IMG/VR virus record: IMGVR_UViG_3300035670_000116
DNA from: an uncultured virus (IMG/VR IMGVR_UViG_3300035670_000116)
Taxonomy: Duplodnaviria; Heunggongvirae; Uroviricota; Caudoviricetes
DNA: 64,000 nucleotides
Strand: one strand, 5' to 3'
Shown piece by piece: positions 36,920-46,876 of the stretch (the first letter of the stretch is position 1; every line of letters starts with the position of its first letter). The position numbers were made by a program, and so were the translations under genes. The notes under the pieces are model-generated. The model had not been told where the DNA came from. It did not search any database and worked only from the letters and a program-made list of their open reading frames with translations.

Positions 36920-37078
36920 ATGCCCAAAGGTAAAATGCCACCTGAACTTCTTGAGCATTTCAAGAAAAAAGAAGCCAAGAAGGAAGATGGCTCTGAGATG
37001 TCCGACAAGGAAAAACGTCGGGCAGCTTTAGATAAAGCGCGTAAGTACCAAGAGCAGAAACGTCGGAAGGAAAAGTGA
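36920..37078 (+). CDS. 52-aa Lys-rich peptide (not in ORF track)
   Basis: AGGAGG RBS; MPKGKMPPELLEHFKKK... Confidence 0.7.
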   Translation: MPKGKMPPELLEHFKKKEAKKEDGSEMSDKEKRRAALDKARKYQEQKRRKEK

Positions 37079-37079
37079 T

Positions 37080-37367
37080 ATGGGAGCCCGTAGGATGCCA
37101 TCTTCTGGTGCTGGCGCCGCTTTAAATCAGAAAGAAATGCTGCGGGTTAAAGACTATACCCAAAAGCTTCGTTCTCGTTACAACACGCAAAACGAAGAAC
37201 TGTTTCAGACCATGATGAATACTGGCCAGAAACCTTACTTCTCTCCTTATGAGCCTGAAGCGTTGACTGCTTCCATGAGCAACCAACAAACTTCACAGCC
37301 CAACAACTTTGCTCCCCTTGGAGCATTTAACCCTCTGAGCATGTTCGATCAAAACAGGTTTGGATAA
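37080..37367 (+). CDS. hypothetical late protein
   Basis: Tiles in operon. Confidence 0.6.
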   Translation: MGARRMPSSGAGAALNQKEMLRVKDYTQKLRSRYNTQNEELFQTMMNTGQKPYFSPYEPEALTASMSNQQTSQPNNFAPLGAFNPLSMFDQNRFG

Positions 37368-38714
37368 ATGGCCGTAAACGAGAATCTATACAACTGGATG
37401 TTTAAAACGTATGGCATTAAGCCTGCGGAGTGGTATCGGAATAATCCAAACGCTAAGCCTGGAGCTAACCCTTTTCTTCCTAAGGGCGCTTACGTTCCTA
37501 AAGCTCAGAAACAACAACCAACCGGTCTCCGTGGCGAAACTCTAGCTAGTGTTTCCCCTGATATTGAAACGCGTTCTATTGTTGAACCAGCTCCACAAGC
37601 AGCCTCTGCTAATTTATTTCAACAATATCTCAATCGTTTAACTCCTGAACAACGTAAAGAGATTGAATCGGAACAATTAAGCGAAGAAGATAAACGTGAA
37701 ATTGGTTTATATGGCGAAGCAAAGCGTCAGTACGAAGCGCAAGCAAAACCTGCGCCTCAGTTTCCTGGCGTTGAATTTCCTTCAGCAAAACTAGGACCCA
37801 ATATTGCATATATGCCTAATTATGGGCAATATGGGGGATATTTTTCCAGGGAAAATTTAGGATACAACTTAAGCAGTAATTTATACAGTCGTTATCAAAA
37901 AGAATTAGATAAATATCCGGTTCCCGATGATGTTATGACCATTGGCGCGGTTGCTTTACGCAATAACCCTGAGGCTGCTGCTATGGGTTATTCAGGTAAT
38001 AGCCCGGATACTCTTGCAAGATTAAAGGCGTACGACGATGCAATGGCAGCCAGGGAAAATATCTTCCAAACAATTTATAAAGATCCATTGGCTAATGCAA
38101 AGTATAAAAGCACTGCAGATGCACCTTCGCGAGCTGCTTATAGACAACAGTTAATTGAAATGGGTTTTGAAATTCCCTTGGAACAAAACTATACATATTT
38201 TGAAAGAGCCGCTACTCCCGAAGATTATGAAGTTCAGCAATATGGCTTGGAAAATGTTGGAAGAGAAGATTATCGTCGACAACGCCAAAGCGCCGCTATT
38301 CAAAAAAATATTGAGATTTTAAAACAACAAGCAGCCGCAGGAAACCAGGCTTCTCAGGAAGCCTTGCGCAAAATTGCTCCTCAAGAGAAAGGTCCTAGGG
38401 GAGAAGAAACTCTTAAAGAAAGAGGACCCCGTGGTGAAACTATGGGAGATATTGCATCAATTCTGCCTCCCGCTATGACGCAAGGGGAGTTATATAGGGA
38501 TATCCAATCAAGAAGTGGAGCAAAACCTGGTACAAAAGAATACGGTGAATTGCGTGATTTGCAGAAAGAGTGGATTCAACGTCAAAAGTTAAAGGGTGCA
38601 GAAGCACCTGCTTTTGATGAGCAGAAGGCTCGCGTCGCAACAAGAGCTGCTGATGAATATCGACAGCGCCAAGCTCAAACAGAAGATCCGTTTAGGTCTG
38701 GTGCTTTCGGTTAG
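37368..38714 (+). CDS. 448-aa low-complexity protein, AT-rich codons
   Basis: G(L/P)RGE motif three times; Q/A/E/Y-rich. Confidence 0.7.
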   Translation: MAVNENLYNWMFKTYGIKPAEWYRNNPNAKPGANPFLPKGAYVPKAQKQQPTGLRGETLASVSPDIETRSIVEPAPQAASANLFQQYLNRLTPEQRKEIESEQLSEEDKREIGLYGEAKRQYEAQAKPAPQFPGVEFPSAKLGPNIAYMPNYGQYGGYFSRENLGYNLSSNLYSRYQKELDKYPVPDDVMTIGAVALRNNPEAAAMGYSGNSPDTLARLKAYDDAMAARENIFQTIYKDPLANAKYKSTADAPSRAAYRQQLIEMGFEIPLEQNYTYFERAATPEDYEVQQYGLENVGREDYRRQRQSAAIQKNIEILKQQAAAGNQASQEALRKIAPQEKGPRGEETLKERGPRGETMGDIASILPPAMTQGELYRDIQSRSGAKPGTKEYGELRDLQKEWIQRQKLKGAEAPAFDEQKARVATRAADEYRQRQAQTEDPFRSGAFG

Positions 38715-38741
38715 TATTTAGTAATACTCTGAAGCAAAGCT

Positions 38742-40271
38742 GTGCCTTCATATGTTCATCTTGCGTATCGCCGCAATGCAAAAGCTGCTGCGCAGAAGTA
38801 CAACGTTAAGCCACAGAAGAATTTAGAAGCTGTTGAGCGTGCTCGCGAGGATTTCAGCTACTTCTGCGAGTTCATGGATGAGAAGAAAAAACCTGCCAAA
38901 CACCACCTGGACTGGCACCGCCATTTCATCACAAACGAAGACAGCAACTGCCTGATCAAAATTGCTGGCCCCAATATTGACCTCCTTGCACCACGAGGTT
39001 CAGCCAAAAGTACGGTCCTTGGTTTGTTGACAGCATGGGCCATCGGCATTCACGCCCAGGCCAAGCTTCCTCTCCAGATTCTTTATCTGTCGTACACCGT
39101 TGATATTGCACGCTCCAAGTCGGCAACCATCAAGCGCATCATTGAAAGCAAACGGTATCAGGAAGTCTTCCCTACCGTACGCCTCCTGAAGAACGTTACC
39201 AGCAATGAATACTGGTCTATTGATCACAAGTTTGCTGGTATTGATGTAACAGGTGACGAACAGTTCACCCTCTGCGCTGCAGGTCTTAAGGGTTCGGTGA
39301 CTTCAAAACGTTCGCACCTGGTCATGATTGATGACGCCATCAAATCAGCTGCGGACATCTCTAACCCTGACATCCGAAAGATGATGCAGGACAACTGGAA
39401 CGCGGTGATTGCTCCCACCATGTTTGAGGGTGGACGTGCGATCTGTTTGGGAACACGTTTCCGGCATGACGACATTCATGCCACGACCTTCAACGAACAG
39501 AACAACTGGATGCAAATTGTTCTTTCCGCTATTCAGACAGACCCCAAAACGGGTGATGAAGAATCCTATTGGCCAGAGATGTGGTCACTGGATTACCTGA
39601 AGGAAAAGAAACGGCAAGCTCCCATTGCTTTTTCGTTCCAGTACATGAACCAGGTCGTCAGACAGAATGAACTGTCTCTGGCACCTGAACTAATTGTTAA
39701 AGCGGAGATTGCAACAGAGTTTGACACGCTTGGTGTTGGTGTTGACTTGTCCGCTGGCGTCAAGGAAAAGAACGATTACACCGTGATGATCTTGGGTGGT
39801 CGCATCGGAGATCGTATTCACATTATTGATTACAGGCGTATTCGGGTCATGGGCAACCTTGAAAAGCTGGATGCCATGAAAGAGTTGCTTAACGATTGGT
39901 CAGTGATTGGCAAGGATGACAACGGTAACTATTTCCCAACCTATTCCACTTGTGACATCTGGTCAGAAGCCGTTCAGTACCAAGCATCCCTGGAAGCAGA
40001 CTTCAAACGAGTTTGTTTAAATAACGAAGGTCTGTATAACCTCATTTGGCATCCTGTCAAAGGGTTCCGTGCAGACAAGTTGGCACGGTTTAGGGGAATC
40101 ATCGGGATGTTTGAAGACCGAAAGATCATCTTCAACCGTTTCCGAAACTTCACAAATCTCTTCGAGGAACTCACGAATTTCGGCGTCAGTAGCCATGACG
40201 ACTGTGTGGATGCGTTGGTTTGGCTCGTAACTGGATTGGCAAGGAAAGGACAACTCCATCTTGATTTCTAA
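38742..40271 (+). CDS. terL: terminase large subunit
   Basis: Walker A APRGSAKST, Walker B VMIDD, GTRFRHDD, nuclease GVDLS...NDYT...HDDCVDA. Confidence 0.93.
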   Translation: MPSYVHLAYRRNAKAAAQKYNVKPQKNLEAVERAREDFSYFCEFMDEKKKPAKHHLDWHRHFITNEDSNCLIKIAGPNIDLLAPRGSAKSTVLGLLTAWAIGIHAQAKLPLQILYLSYTVDIARSKSATIKRIIESKRYQEVFPTVRLLKNVTSNEYWSIDHKFAGIDVTGDEQFTLCAAGLKGSVTSKRSHLVMIDDAIKSAADISNPDIRKMMQDNWNAVIAPTMFEGGRAICLGTRFRHDDIHATTFNEQNNWMQIVLSAIQTDPKTGDEESYWPEMWSLDYLKEKKRQAPIAFSFQYMNQVVRQNELSLAPELIVKAEIATEFDTLGVGVDLSAGVKEKNDYTVMILGGRIGDRIHIIDYRRIRVMGNLEKLDAMKELLNDWSVIGKDDNGNYFPTYSTCDIWSEAVQYQASLEADFKRVCLNNEGLYNLIWHPVKGFRADKLARFRGIIGMFEDRKIIFNRFRNFTNLFEELTNFGVSSHDDCVDALVWLVTGLARKGQLHLDF

Positions 40272-40304
40272 AATTAGAATTAGAAAAAAGCAAGTCAAGA
40301 AATC

Positions 40305-40598
40305 GTGGGTCCCGAATACATCGCTCTAGCTCTTACAGCTATTGCTTCCGCAGTGAGCGGTGGCACTTGGGTCGCAAACAAAATTTTAAGCAGGCAAAGC
40401 CAAGACATCCAGCAGGCTTTTAATTACACCAATTCACAAAAAAGAAGGATTGACATTTTGGAAGACCAAATCAATCGGATGCCTTTGGACTACGTGTTGA
40501 AGGTGGACTTCTTAAGAGAGATCCAAGAAATGCACGACAACTTTCGCGAAATTAATAATAAGCTTGATAAGCTTATGGAAAAGCTTTTGACAAAATGA
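40305..40598 (+). CDS. TM-anchored coiled-coil protein, possibly lysis-related
   Basis: N-terminal TM; PLDYVLKVDF...INNKLDKL. Confidence 0.6.
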   Translation: MGPEYIALALTAIASAVSGGTWVANKILSRQSQDIQQAFNYTNSQKRRIDILEDQINRMPLDYVLKVDFLREIQEMHDNFREINNKLDKLMEKLLTK

Positions 40599-40780
40599 GC
40601 TACATCCTTGAAGTTGAAGAAGACGAAAACGGTGAGCAGTTCCTCACTTTCCCCGAAGATCTTCTAGAAGAAATGGGATGGCGCGAAGGAGACATCCTGA
40701 ATTGGGATGTCCAAGGCGACGGCATTATTCTTACCAAGGTTGCTGATCCTTCCTTGTACGAAGTAGAAGAAGACGAGTAA
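40595..40780 (+). CDS. AbrB/MazE-like DNA-binding domain protein
   Basis: LTFPEDLLEEMGWREGDILNW...IILTK. Confidence 0.7.
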   Translation: MSYILEVEEDENGEQFLTFPEDLLEEMGWREGDILNWDVQGDGIILTKVADPSLYEVEEDE

Positions 40781-40806
40781 AATAAAAAAATTGAGATAAG
40801 AGTTAC

Positions 40807-41364
40807 ATGTTAAGAACTGATGGCGGATATGGAGTTCCAGGTATGCCTGGCAATGGTGCTGTTGCCGGTGGCTTTAATGTAATGGCAATGCCTTCTATTC
40901 TTCGCAGGATGCTTGCTCCTGCTCCTGCACAACGGCCGCCTGTCAGGTTTGACCCAAACGATTCCAATATTCGTTTTAGATCTAAAAATCCAACAGAAGC
41001 ACCTCGCCTTAGAGATCAATTTATTTTGTTTGATCCGCGCTCCGGTGTAGCCAACAATCCGTCGCCAGGCGGTTCTCCTTATTCCGAGCTTCCTAAGGAT
41101 TATCTGGAACAGCGTAATCCCTTTGGGACTCCTCCAGCCCCTACTCAACAACCTGGTCAGCCCACTGCTCCTGTTCAGCTTGAGCTGCCTTTGGCGATGG
41201 GTAGCAGCAACTTTCCCAACGCACTCCCTGGTGCGCCTGGAAATGCAGCCGGTATGTTGATGGCTCAACTTCCAGGTGGAGAGCAAGGTCCTGCTCAAGG
41301 TCCCAATACTCCAGTTAAGTTCTATCCTGGGCTTGGTTACGCACCTTATGTTCAGCGTGGATGA
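40807..41364 (+). CDS. Pro/Gly-rich disordered protein
   Basis: Low complexity; TAAAAT upstream. Confidence 0.6.
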   Translation: MLRTDGGYGVPGMPGNGAVAGGFNVMAMPSILRRMLAPAPAQRPPVRFDPNDSNIRFRSKNPTEAPRLRDQFILFDPRSGVANNPSPGGSPYSELPKDYLEQRNPFGTPPAPTQQPGQPTAPVQLELPLAMGSSNFPNALPGAPGNAAGMLMAQLPGGEQGPAQGPNTPVKFYPGLGYAPYVQRG

Positions 41365-41507
41365 TGAAAACAAAGAAGCTGATCAAACGAGCACTCAAGC
41401 ATCCAGAGCTTTACACTCCCGCTGAGTTGACTTTTTTTGGTCGGTGGCTTTTTAACAAGAAGCAGGAAAAGAAAGCTGCTAAGATCAAAAAACATAAGGA
41501 GCAATAG
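41361..41507 (+). CDS. 48-aa Lys-rich peptide (not in ORF track)
   Basis: KKLIKRALKHPELYTPAEL motif; ATGA overlap. Confidence 0.6.
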   Translation: MMKTKKLIKRALKHPELYTPAELTFFGRWLFNKKQEKKAAKIKKHKEQ

Positions 41508-41511
41508 GTGA

Positions 41512-43860
41512 ATGGCTACTAGCTCTAACGCCAGACTTCAGGAAATCATCAACGCATATATCGAAAAAGACGGTAATGCTGTTGTTGATACCAGCGTTGT
41601 AGCCTCTCACCTGGCTCAGATGAAGTTGTTCGGCATCCGTCAGGGTGTTGAGTTTTTCCCTGGTCAAGATAACTTTGGCAACCAGCGCAAAGATTTTATC
41701 GACCGGGTAATCAAGTACAACCAGCTGGATACACGCCTGGATTCCATCTGGGATTACTTCCTGTGTGATGGTAAAGGCTTGTTCTATATCAGGCCAACCA
41801 AGCAGAATTACAGACTTTATTACTTCCGGGAGCACGAGTACCGCACGTTCTACAACGTGGACGGCGAGTTGGAAGAAGTCATCATCATCTACAGCTACAA
41901 GGTTCGCCGTGGATTTGGTTTCGGTGACAACATCAATGTCACCAACGTAACCGGTAATGCAATTACCGCCGACCAGGGCGCCAAACGTTATATCAAACTT
42001 TCGATTAAAGCCAAGGAAATCGAGGAAACACACTCAGAAGGCGAGATGTCTTTTGAGATGCCCTCCTTTGCGTCTCCTGGCAAAACCAAAACTTTTAAAA
42101 ATTCCCTCGGTTTTATTCCGTGTGTTGAGATCTTCAATAACCCCAAGGGATTTTCAATGGAAGGTTTTGGCGAATTTGACGCCTTAGCCAACCATATCGT
42201 CACGCATGACGAGCTGGTCCGCACCATGCGGAAGAACGTTACTTTCTTTGGTAATCCCACCCTTCTTTCATCTCGTCCCAAGACGGATTTGATGGAGGCC
42301 GGCACTGATGGAAACGTTCAGCGTCCATCGATTGCCGCTAACTCAGGCTTTGGCAGCTTGAGTGCGTACAGCAGATCTACCTTCAAACAAGATCCGATTA
42401 CCCGTGGAGTTGATGGTCAGATTCGTGTTCCACGGGTGATTGCAAACCTGGAGCCCAATGACCGTGTCGGCTATATCGTCCCTGATGCTATCACCGGAGA
42501 TCAAAACGCTTTTGCTCGCCAATATCGGGAAGAAATTCGTACTGCTCTTGGCGGCGTGGATGAGCTGTCGATTTCTGCTGGTGTTACTGCTACTGAATAC
42601 AAATCCCTATTTGGGCGGGTCGCTGCGACATCTAAGAAAAAAGCGAATGCCATTTATACCCACGGCATCTGTCGTTGCCTGGAACTAATTATCTTCCAAG
42701 AGGAACGAATGTTCCGGGAAACTTTGGCCGCAGCCGCTGGCATCGAAAAACCAGTGGAACCGTCTGAAGGTGCTGCTCAGGAAGAACTTGATTTGTATGA
42801 AGCTGCTTTAGAAGGCTTTAATAATCAAATCAAACAATTAATGATGGCATCTGTTCAAACCCAGCAAATTCCTCCGGGAGTTACTGGTTTGATCCCAGAT
42901 GGAGACGTAACCATGCTTTGGCGTTGGTTAGGTCCTGTTTACGAAGATTCGACGCAAGATATTCTGAACAACTCCATTGTTGTTCGAAATTTGCAAGAAT
43001 TAGGTGTTGATAGCATTGAAGCACTGAAATACCTCTTTCCGTCAAAAACGGATGAGGAACGGGCCGAGATGTTATCTGGGTTCCCGTTCAGGATGGTGAA
43101 CGAATTACAGAGTGCATACTCTCAGTTCGCTCGCTTAGTGGGGGGCATGATGCAGACCCCTCACCCGCAATCACCGGATCTACCGATGGCTGCGGATCCC
43201 AGACTGGATTTAACTCCATATCTGTATCGAACCCTCGAGGCCTTACAAAAGGAGATGAGTTATGCAGGACGCTACCGTCCAATCGATCCCACAGACGAGC
43301 CAACCGTCGCCCGCAGCGGTAGCTCCAAGCAGCTACGTGGTGGCAGCACCACAGGTGCAATCGGCGCCGGTGCCGTACCAGGTGGGTACCAGCTTCCCCC
43401 AAGCAGTGCCCCAGGGGAGCCCCAGCTACCAATCCGCCCCGTCTCAGTACGCCCCCCAATCCCCATCGGTCCAGGGGGTGGAATCGACCTCCAATCCGTG
43501 GGAATCGGCGTTCAACAAGGTGGTGAACCTTCTGAGCGCACCAGTTCAATCCCCGTTCCAGGGTCAACAGTCGGCACCGACGACCTATACCCCGGCCAAC
43601 TACGGGTTGACCAGCCCCCAAGCTACGCCACAATCGGCTCCGCCGACCTCATATCCCAGCCAGGCATCCTCGCCCAGCTATTCCCAAACCTCCTCGACTC
43701 CATCCTTGGAGCAAATCGCGGATTACGTGGGGATGAGTCAGGACAGCCGTCAGGTGATGGACGCGTTCGGGATCGAAGCTCCGGCAATCCTGAACAACTA
43801 CGCTCTCCAGCTGGAAACAATGCTGGACAGCGCCGTCGCGTGGGGAAATCGCGCAAGTGA
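41512..43860 (+). CDS. portal protein with long C-terminal extension overlapping the scaffold gene
   Basis: Position between TerL and capsid; NSLGFIPCVEIFN and helical pattern typical of SPP1-type portals. Confidence 0.75.
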   Translation: MATSSNARLQEIINAYIEKDGNAVVDTSVVASHLAQMKLFGIRQGVEFFPGQDNFGNQRKDFIDRVIKYNQLDTRLDSIWDYFLCDGKGLFYIRPTKQNYRLYYFREHEYRTFYNVDGELEEVIIIYSYKVRRGFGFGDNINVTNVTGNAITADQGAKRYIKLSIKAKEIEETHSEGEMSFEMPSFASPGKTKTFKNSLGFIPCVEIFNNPKGFSMEGFGEFDALANHIVTHDELVRTMRKNVTFFGNPTLLSSRPKTDLMEAGTDGNVQRPSIAANSGFGSLSAYSRSTFKQDPITRGVDGQIRVPRVIANLEPNDRVGYIVPDAITGDQNAFARQYREEIRTALGGVDELSISAGVTATEYKSLFGRVAATSKKKANAIYTHGICRCLELIIFQEERMFRETLAAAAGIEKPVEPSEGAAQEELDLYEAALEGFNNQIKQLMMASVQTQQIPPGVTGLIPDGDVTMLWRWLGPVYEDSTQDILNNSIVVRNLQELGVDSIEALKYLFPSKTDEERAEMLSGFPFRMVNELQSAYSQFARLVGGMMQTPHPQSPDLPMAADPRLDLTPYLYRTLEALQKEMSYAGRYRPIDPTDEPTVARSGSSKQLRGGSTTGAIGAGAVPGGYQLPPSSAPGEPQLPIRPVSVRPPIPIGPGGGIDLQSVGIGVQQGGEPSERTSSIPVPGSTVGTDDLYPGQLRVDQPPSYATIGSADLISQPGILAQLFPNLLDSILGANRGLRGDESGQPSGDGRVRDRSSGNPEQLRSPAGNNAGQRRRVGKSRK

Positions 43861-44224
43861 AACGATTCAGAACTACGCGCAGTTCGCAGTAAACGAGCAT
43901 CAAGAAAATCTCGCTTACAACGAAATCCTGACCAACCCCGACGTTCTCAGTGATTACACGCTGAAGTTCTTCGGTCCGGAAGGTCCCTATCCCGTTTATG
44001 AAAACGAGGCCCAATTGGAAACCCCTGGTTACCCCACTCAGCAGATCATGCAGCCTGAACTGGGCCAAATGCCCGCTCCTCCTGCAGCCGCTGCTCCTCA
44101 GCAACCCGGTAACTTCTGGGGCGACTTCAACGACATGATGGCTCGTGATCCCCAGAATGCCTGGCGCGTTCTGAACCAGGCTCAGCCTCAAGTTGTTGCG
44201 AACAAACTGTTCGTAATGGAGTGA
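43262..44224 (+). CDS. putative capsid scaffolding protein
   Basis: AAGGAG RBS; P/Q/S-rich N-terminus, acidic helical C-terminus; directly upstream of capsid. Confidence 0.7.
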   Translation: MQDATVQSIPQTSQPSPAAVAPSSYVVAAPQVQSAPVPYQVGTSFPQAVPQGSPSYQSAPSQYAPQSPSVQGVESTSNPWESAFNKVVNLLSAPVQSPFQGQQSAPTTYTPANYGLTSPQATPQSAPPTSYPSQASSPSYSQTSSTPSLEQIADYVGMSQDSRQVMDAFGIEAPAILNNYALQLETMLDSAVAWGNRASETIQNYAQFAVNEHQENLAYNEILTNPDVLSDYTLKFFGPEGPYPVYENEAQLETPGYPTQQIMQPELGQMPAPPAAAAPQQPGNFWGDFNDMMARDPQNAWRVLNQAQPQVVANKLFVME

Positions 44225-44344
44225 TAGTTAGCCGGTGATTAAATAAATTACCGGCTGCTAAAATTTGTGTTAGATAAGACATATAAATGTCTGAATCTTT
44301 CACCCGATAAACTACCTTCCTGAGACTCTGGAGGATAACACAAA

Positions 44345-45508
44345 GTGTTCATTGATAACGATTTTCCAAAAATCTTAGGTGCGGAACTTTATCGTCCGCA
44401 CCCTGCCTATATTGCCGAAATGGCTGTGGAGCCTGTGGTTGTCCACGACTTCACCCGTCAGCCTGGTCAAACCGTTCAGCTGGACCGCTATAAGTTCTGG
44501 GGTACCCCTGGTACTAAGGACAGCCGTGAGCGCGTGTCCGACCAGACCATCGGTACTGCCAACAGCCGGAACATCACGAAGGAGAAGGTCCTGGTGGTGC
44601 TCAAAGAGTACACCGGTCCTGCAGATCCGGGTGATCCGACTCAGCCCAGCACCTTCAAGATTGCTCGTGAAACCCTGATTACCGCCCAGCGTCTGCTGCT
44701 GGACACCGGTAACCTGAACATGTTCCACCAGAGCATCGGTTCGCTGACCCTGCTCGACGACTACCGCCGCTGGCGCGACCGCGTGTTCATTGATGAACTC
44801 GCCAAAGCCGAAGCCAACGGTGCCGCTTCTACCACCCAGGGTGGCTACTACTTCCCTGGTGGCAAGACCAAGAACTCTTCCGGTCAAATCACCTACAGCA
44901 GCGCTGAGTACACCGCTGATCTCCAGCAGTTCTCGGTTCGCACTGACCTGCTGACCATTGTTAAGGACCTGCGCAAGCGCAACGTTCCGACTTTCTCTGA
45001 CGGTCTGTATCGTTGCATCTGCGATCCCACCTTCATGATGCATCTGCGTCGTGATCCTGACTTCCGTGAGATCGCTCGTTACGCTGGTAACCCTGGCCAA
45101 GGCATGTACATGGGCAACCCCATGATGCCTAACAACGCCAGCTTCTACATGGGTCCCCAAGCTGGTCAGGGATACTTCCTGGCTGGTGAGCCCGTGATGC
45201 CTACTGGCGTCCAGTTCGAAGGTGTGAAGTTCTTCGAGTCGACCAACTTCCCGACCAAGAATGTTTCGGCTTCCTTCACGGGTGCTGCCCCTTATGCCAA
45301 CCAAGAGGTTGCTCAGGGTTACTTCTTCGGTCCTCAGGCTGTTGGCGTGGGTATCGGCGGCCCGAACGCCCAGGTGCTCATCAACAACAACGACGACTTC
45401 AGCCGTTTCATCATCCTGATCTGGCAACTGTACGCTGGCTTCGAAATCCTGAACAAGGACTTCGTCACCACTGCTTACAGCTTCGTGTCCGATGATGGCA
45501 CTGTCTGA
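44345..45508 (+). CDS. major capsid protein
   Basis: GGAGGA RBS, very strong codon bias, DFTRQPGQTVQLDRY E-loop-like motif, 387 aa. Confidence 0.85.
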   Translation: MFIDNDFPKILGAELYRPHPAYIAEMAVEPVVVHDFTRQPGQTVQLDRYKFWGTPGTKDSRERVSDQTIGTANSRNITKEKVLVVLKEYTGPADPGDPTQPSTFKIARETLITAQRLLLDTGNLNMFHQSIGSLTLLDDYRRWRDRVFIDELAKAEANGAASTTQGGYYFPGGKTKNSSGQITYSSAEYTADLQQFSVRTDLLTIVKDLRKRNVPTFSDGLYRCICDPTFMMHLRRDPDFREIARYAGNPGQGMYMGNPMMPNNASFYMGPQAGQGYFLAGEPVMPTGVQFEGVKFFESTNFPTKNVSASFTGAAPYANQEVAQGYFFGPQAVGVGIGGPNAQVLINNNDDFSRFIILIWQLYAGFEILNKDFVTTAYSFVSDDGTV

Positions 45509-45543
45509 TAATTAAGCAACATACAAAACATAGGGAAAGATAA

Positions 45544-46341
45544 ATGACCTATTTGTCCGCTAAGAAAATCTACCCAGGTAACTGGGCAGAACCCCTGAAC
45601 GGTTGGTACAAGAACATTGATACCAACGACGACGGCACCAACAATGCCTCGAAGGGTGGTCCTACTTCGGTGCTGGCCATTCCTGGCTATCGCTATTTTC
45701 AGCAGCGCGGTTACCACGCTGTCTCCAGTGCCTCTGGTACTGCCATCACCGCTACTGGCGACGTGATCGTTCCTTCCCCTTACCGGAATGACGACACCCG
45801 TCCTGACATCACCGGCATGGTGATCTCTGGTGATGCAACCCTCCCCGCCTATATCTACCGCGCCACTGTCTCGGTGGCTTCCGGTTGGGGCGACGGTCGT
45901 GTGGCCTCTGGTGTGTACGCTGCTACCGGCAACGTGATCACCTTCTGCCGCAGCAACTCCAACGCTCCTGTCTCCGTCTCTGGCGATGGTGAAGCTGTTG
46001 CTCAGGCCAACCTGACCTCCACCGTTTCTGGTTCCCAGGGCGGCGAGATCTTCTTTGCTGGTGGTACCGCTGCTTACAGCGCCAACCCCCTGCTGACCGC
46101 TACCGGCACCGTGGGTGCAGGCAAGATCTACAAGGAAGTGACCGCCAGCACCACCTTCAAGGTGTTTGCTCGTGAGACCACGACCGCTACTGCTACCTCT
46201 GGTGGCTGGTACATCTCTAGCGATGATGCCAACGCTGGTCGTAAAGGTTACTTCGTTGTTGAAGTGTGCTACATCCAACCGGATACTGCCGCTGGCTACG
46301 AAGATATCGACGGTTACCTCATTGGCCGCACGGTTAGCTGA
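45544..46341 (+). CDS. abundant structural protein (decoration or spike)
   Basis: Codon bias like capsid; T/A/G/S-rich beta sequence. Confidence 0.7.
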   Translation: MTYLSAKKIYPGNWAEPLNGWYKNIDTNDDGTNNASKGGPTSVLAIPGYRYFQQRGYHAVSSASGTAITATGDVIVPSPYRNDDTRPDITGMVISGDATLPAYIYRATVSVASGWGDGRVASGVYAATGNVITFCRSNSNAPVSVSGDGEAVAQANLTSTVSGSQGGEIFFAGGTAAYSANPLLTATGTVGAGKIYKEVTASTTFKVFARETTTATATSGGWYISSDDANAGRKGYFVVEVCYIQPDTAAGYEDIDGYLIGRTVS

Positions 46342-46376
46342 TTGAGTTAAACTAGGACCAGATAAACTCTGGTCCT

Positions 46377-46805
46377 ATGTCTACTACTGCCGAAATGCTT
46401 TACCAGCACAAAAAAACAGGTGCGCGTGTAAAGATCGTTAGCGAGTGGGATAACGGAGATTGGTTCATGGTTGAAGACCAGGACGGTCGCGTTTATACCG
46501 CTTACAAGTCTGAACTTGTACCTGACGAATCGGCAACCAAAAAGGTAAAAACTCTTCAGATTAAAGATAAGGCTGCACAAGAGGAACCCCGCTCATTTCC
46601 TCCGGAAACGCGGTTGAACATCAATTCGGCCACTGCCCAGATGATCGCTGATCACATTAAGGGTATTGGTTTGAAGACTGCCCGAGAAATCAAAGACCTT
46701 CAGATGTCCTTATCGGGTGAGAGGTTCAACAACTTAGAGCAGCTCAGGCAGATCAAACGTGTTGATTGGGACGCCGTACTGGCAGCTGATTTGATCAGAG
46801 TTTAA
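46377..46805 (+). CDS. helix-hairpin-helix (ComEA-like) DNA-binding protein
   Basis: RLNINSAT...IKGIGLKTAREI...FNNLEQLRQIKRV. Confidence 0.75.
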   Translation: MSTTAEMLYQHKKTGARVKIVSEWDNGDWFMVEDQDGRVYTAYKSELVPDESATKKVKTLQIKDKAAQEEPRSFPPETRLNINSATAQMIADHIKGIGLKTAREIKDLQMSLSGERFNNLEQLRQIKRVDWDAVLAADLIRV

Positions 46806-46823
46806 TTACGTTCAACGCTCATA

Positions 46824-46849
46824 AGCCCCTGGGAAACCAGGGGTTTTTT
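46824..46849 (+). terminator. rho-independent terminator ending the capsid operon
   Basis: CCCCTGG-GAAA-CCAGGGG-TTTTTT. Confidence 0.85.
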
Positions 46850-46876
46850 CGTTTTACAATAAAAAGAAAAAGATAG

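Noticed and set aside
44375..46278. Long antisense ORFs opposite capsid genes (also 33971-34774, 31489-32172, 50491-51225, 10584-11210)
   Set aside because: Shadows of strong codon bias on the coding strand; no protein-like motifs
46377..46805. Photosystem II PsbU
   Set aside because: No signal peptide; generic HhH fold and capsid-operon context fit a DNA-binding protein better
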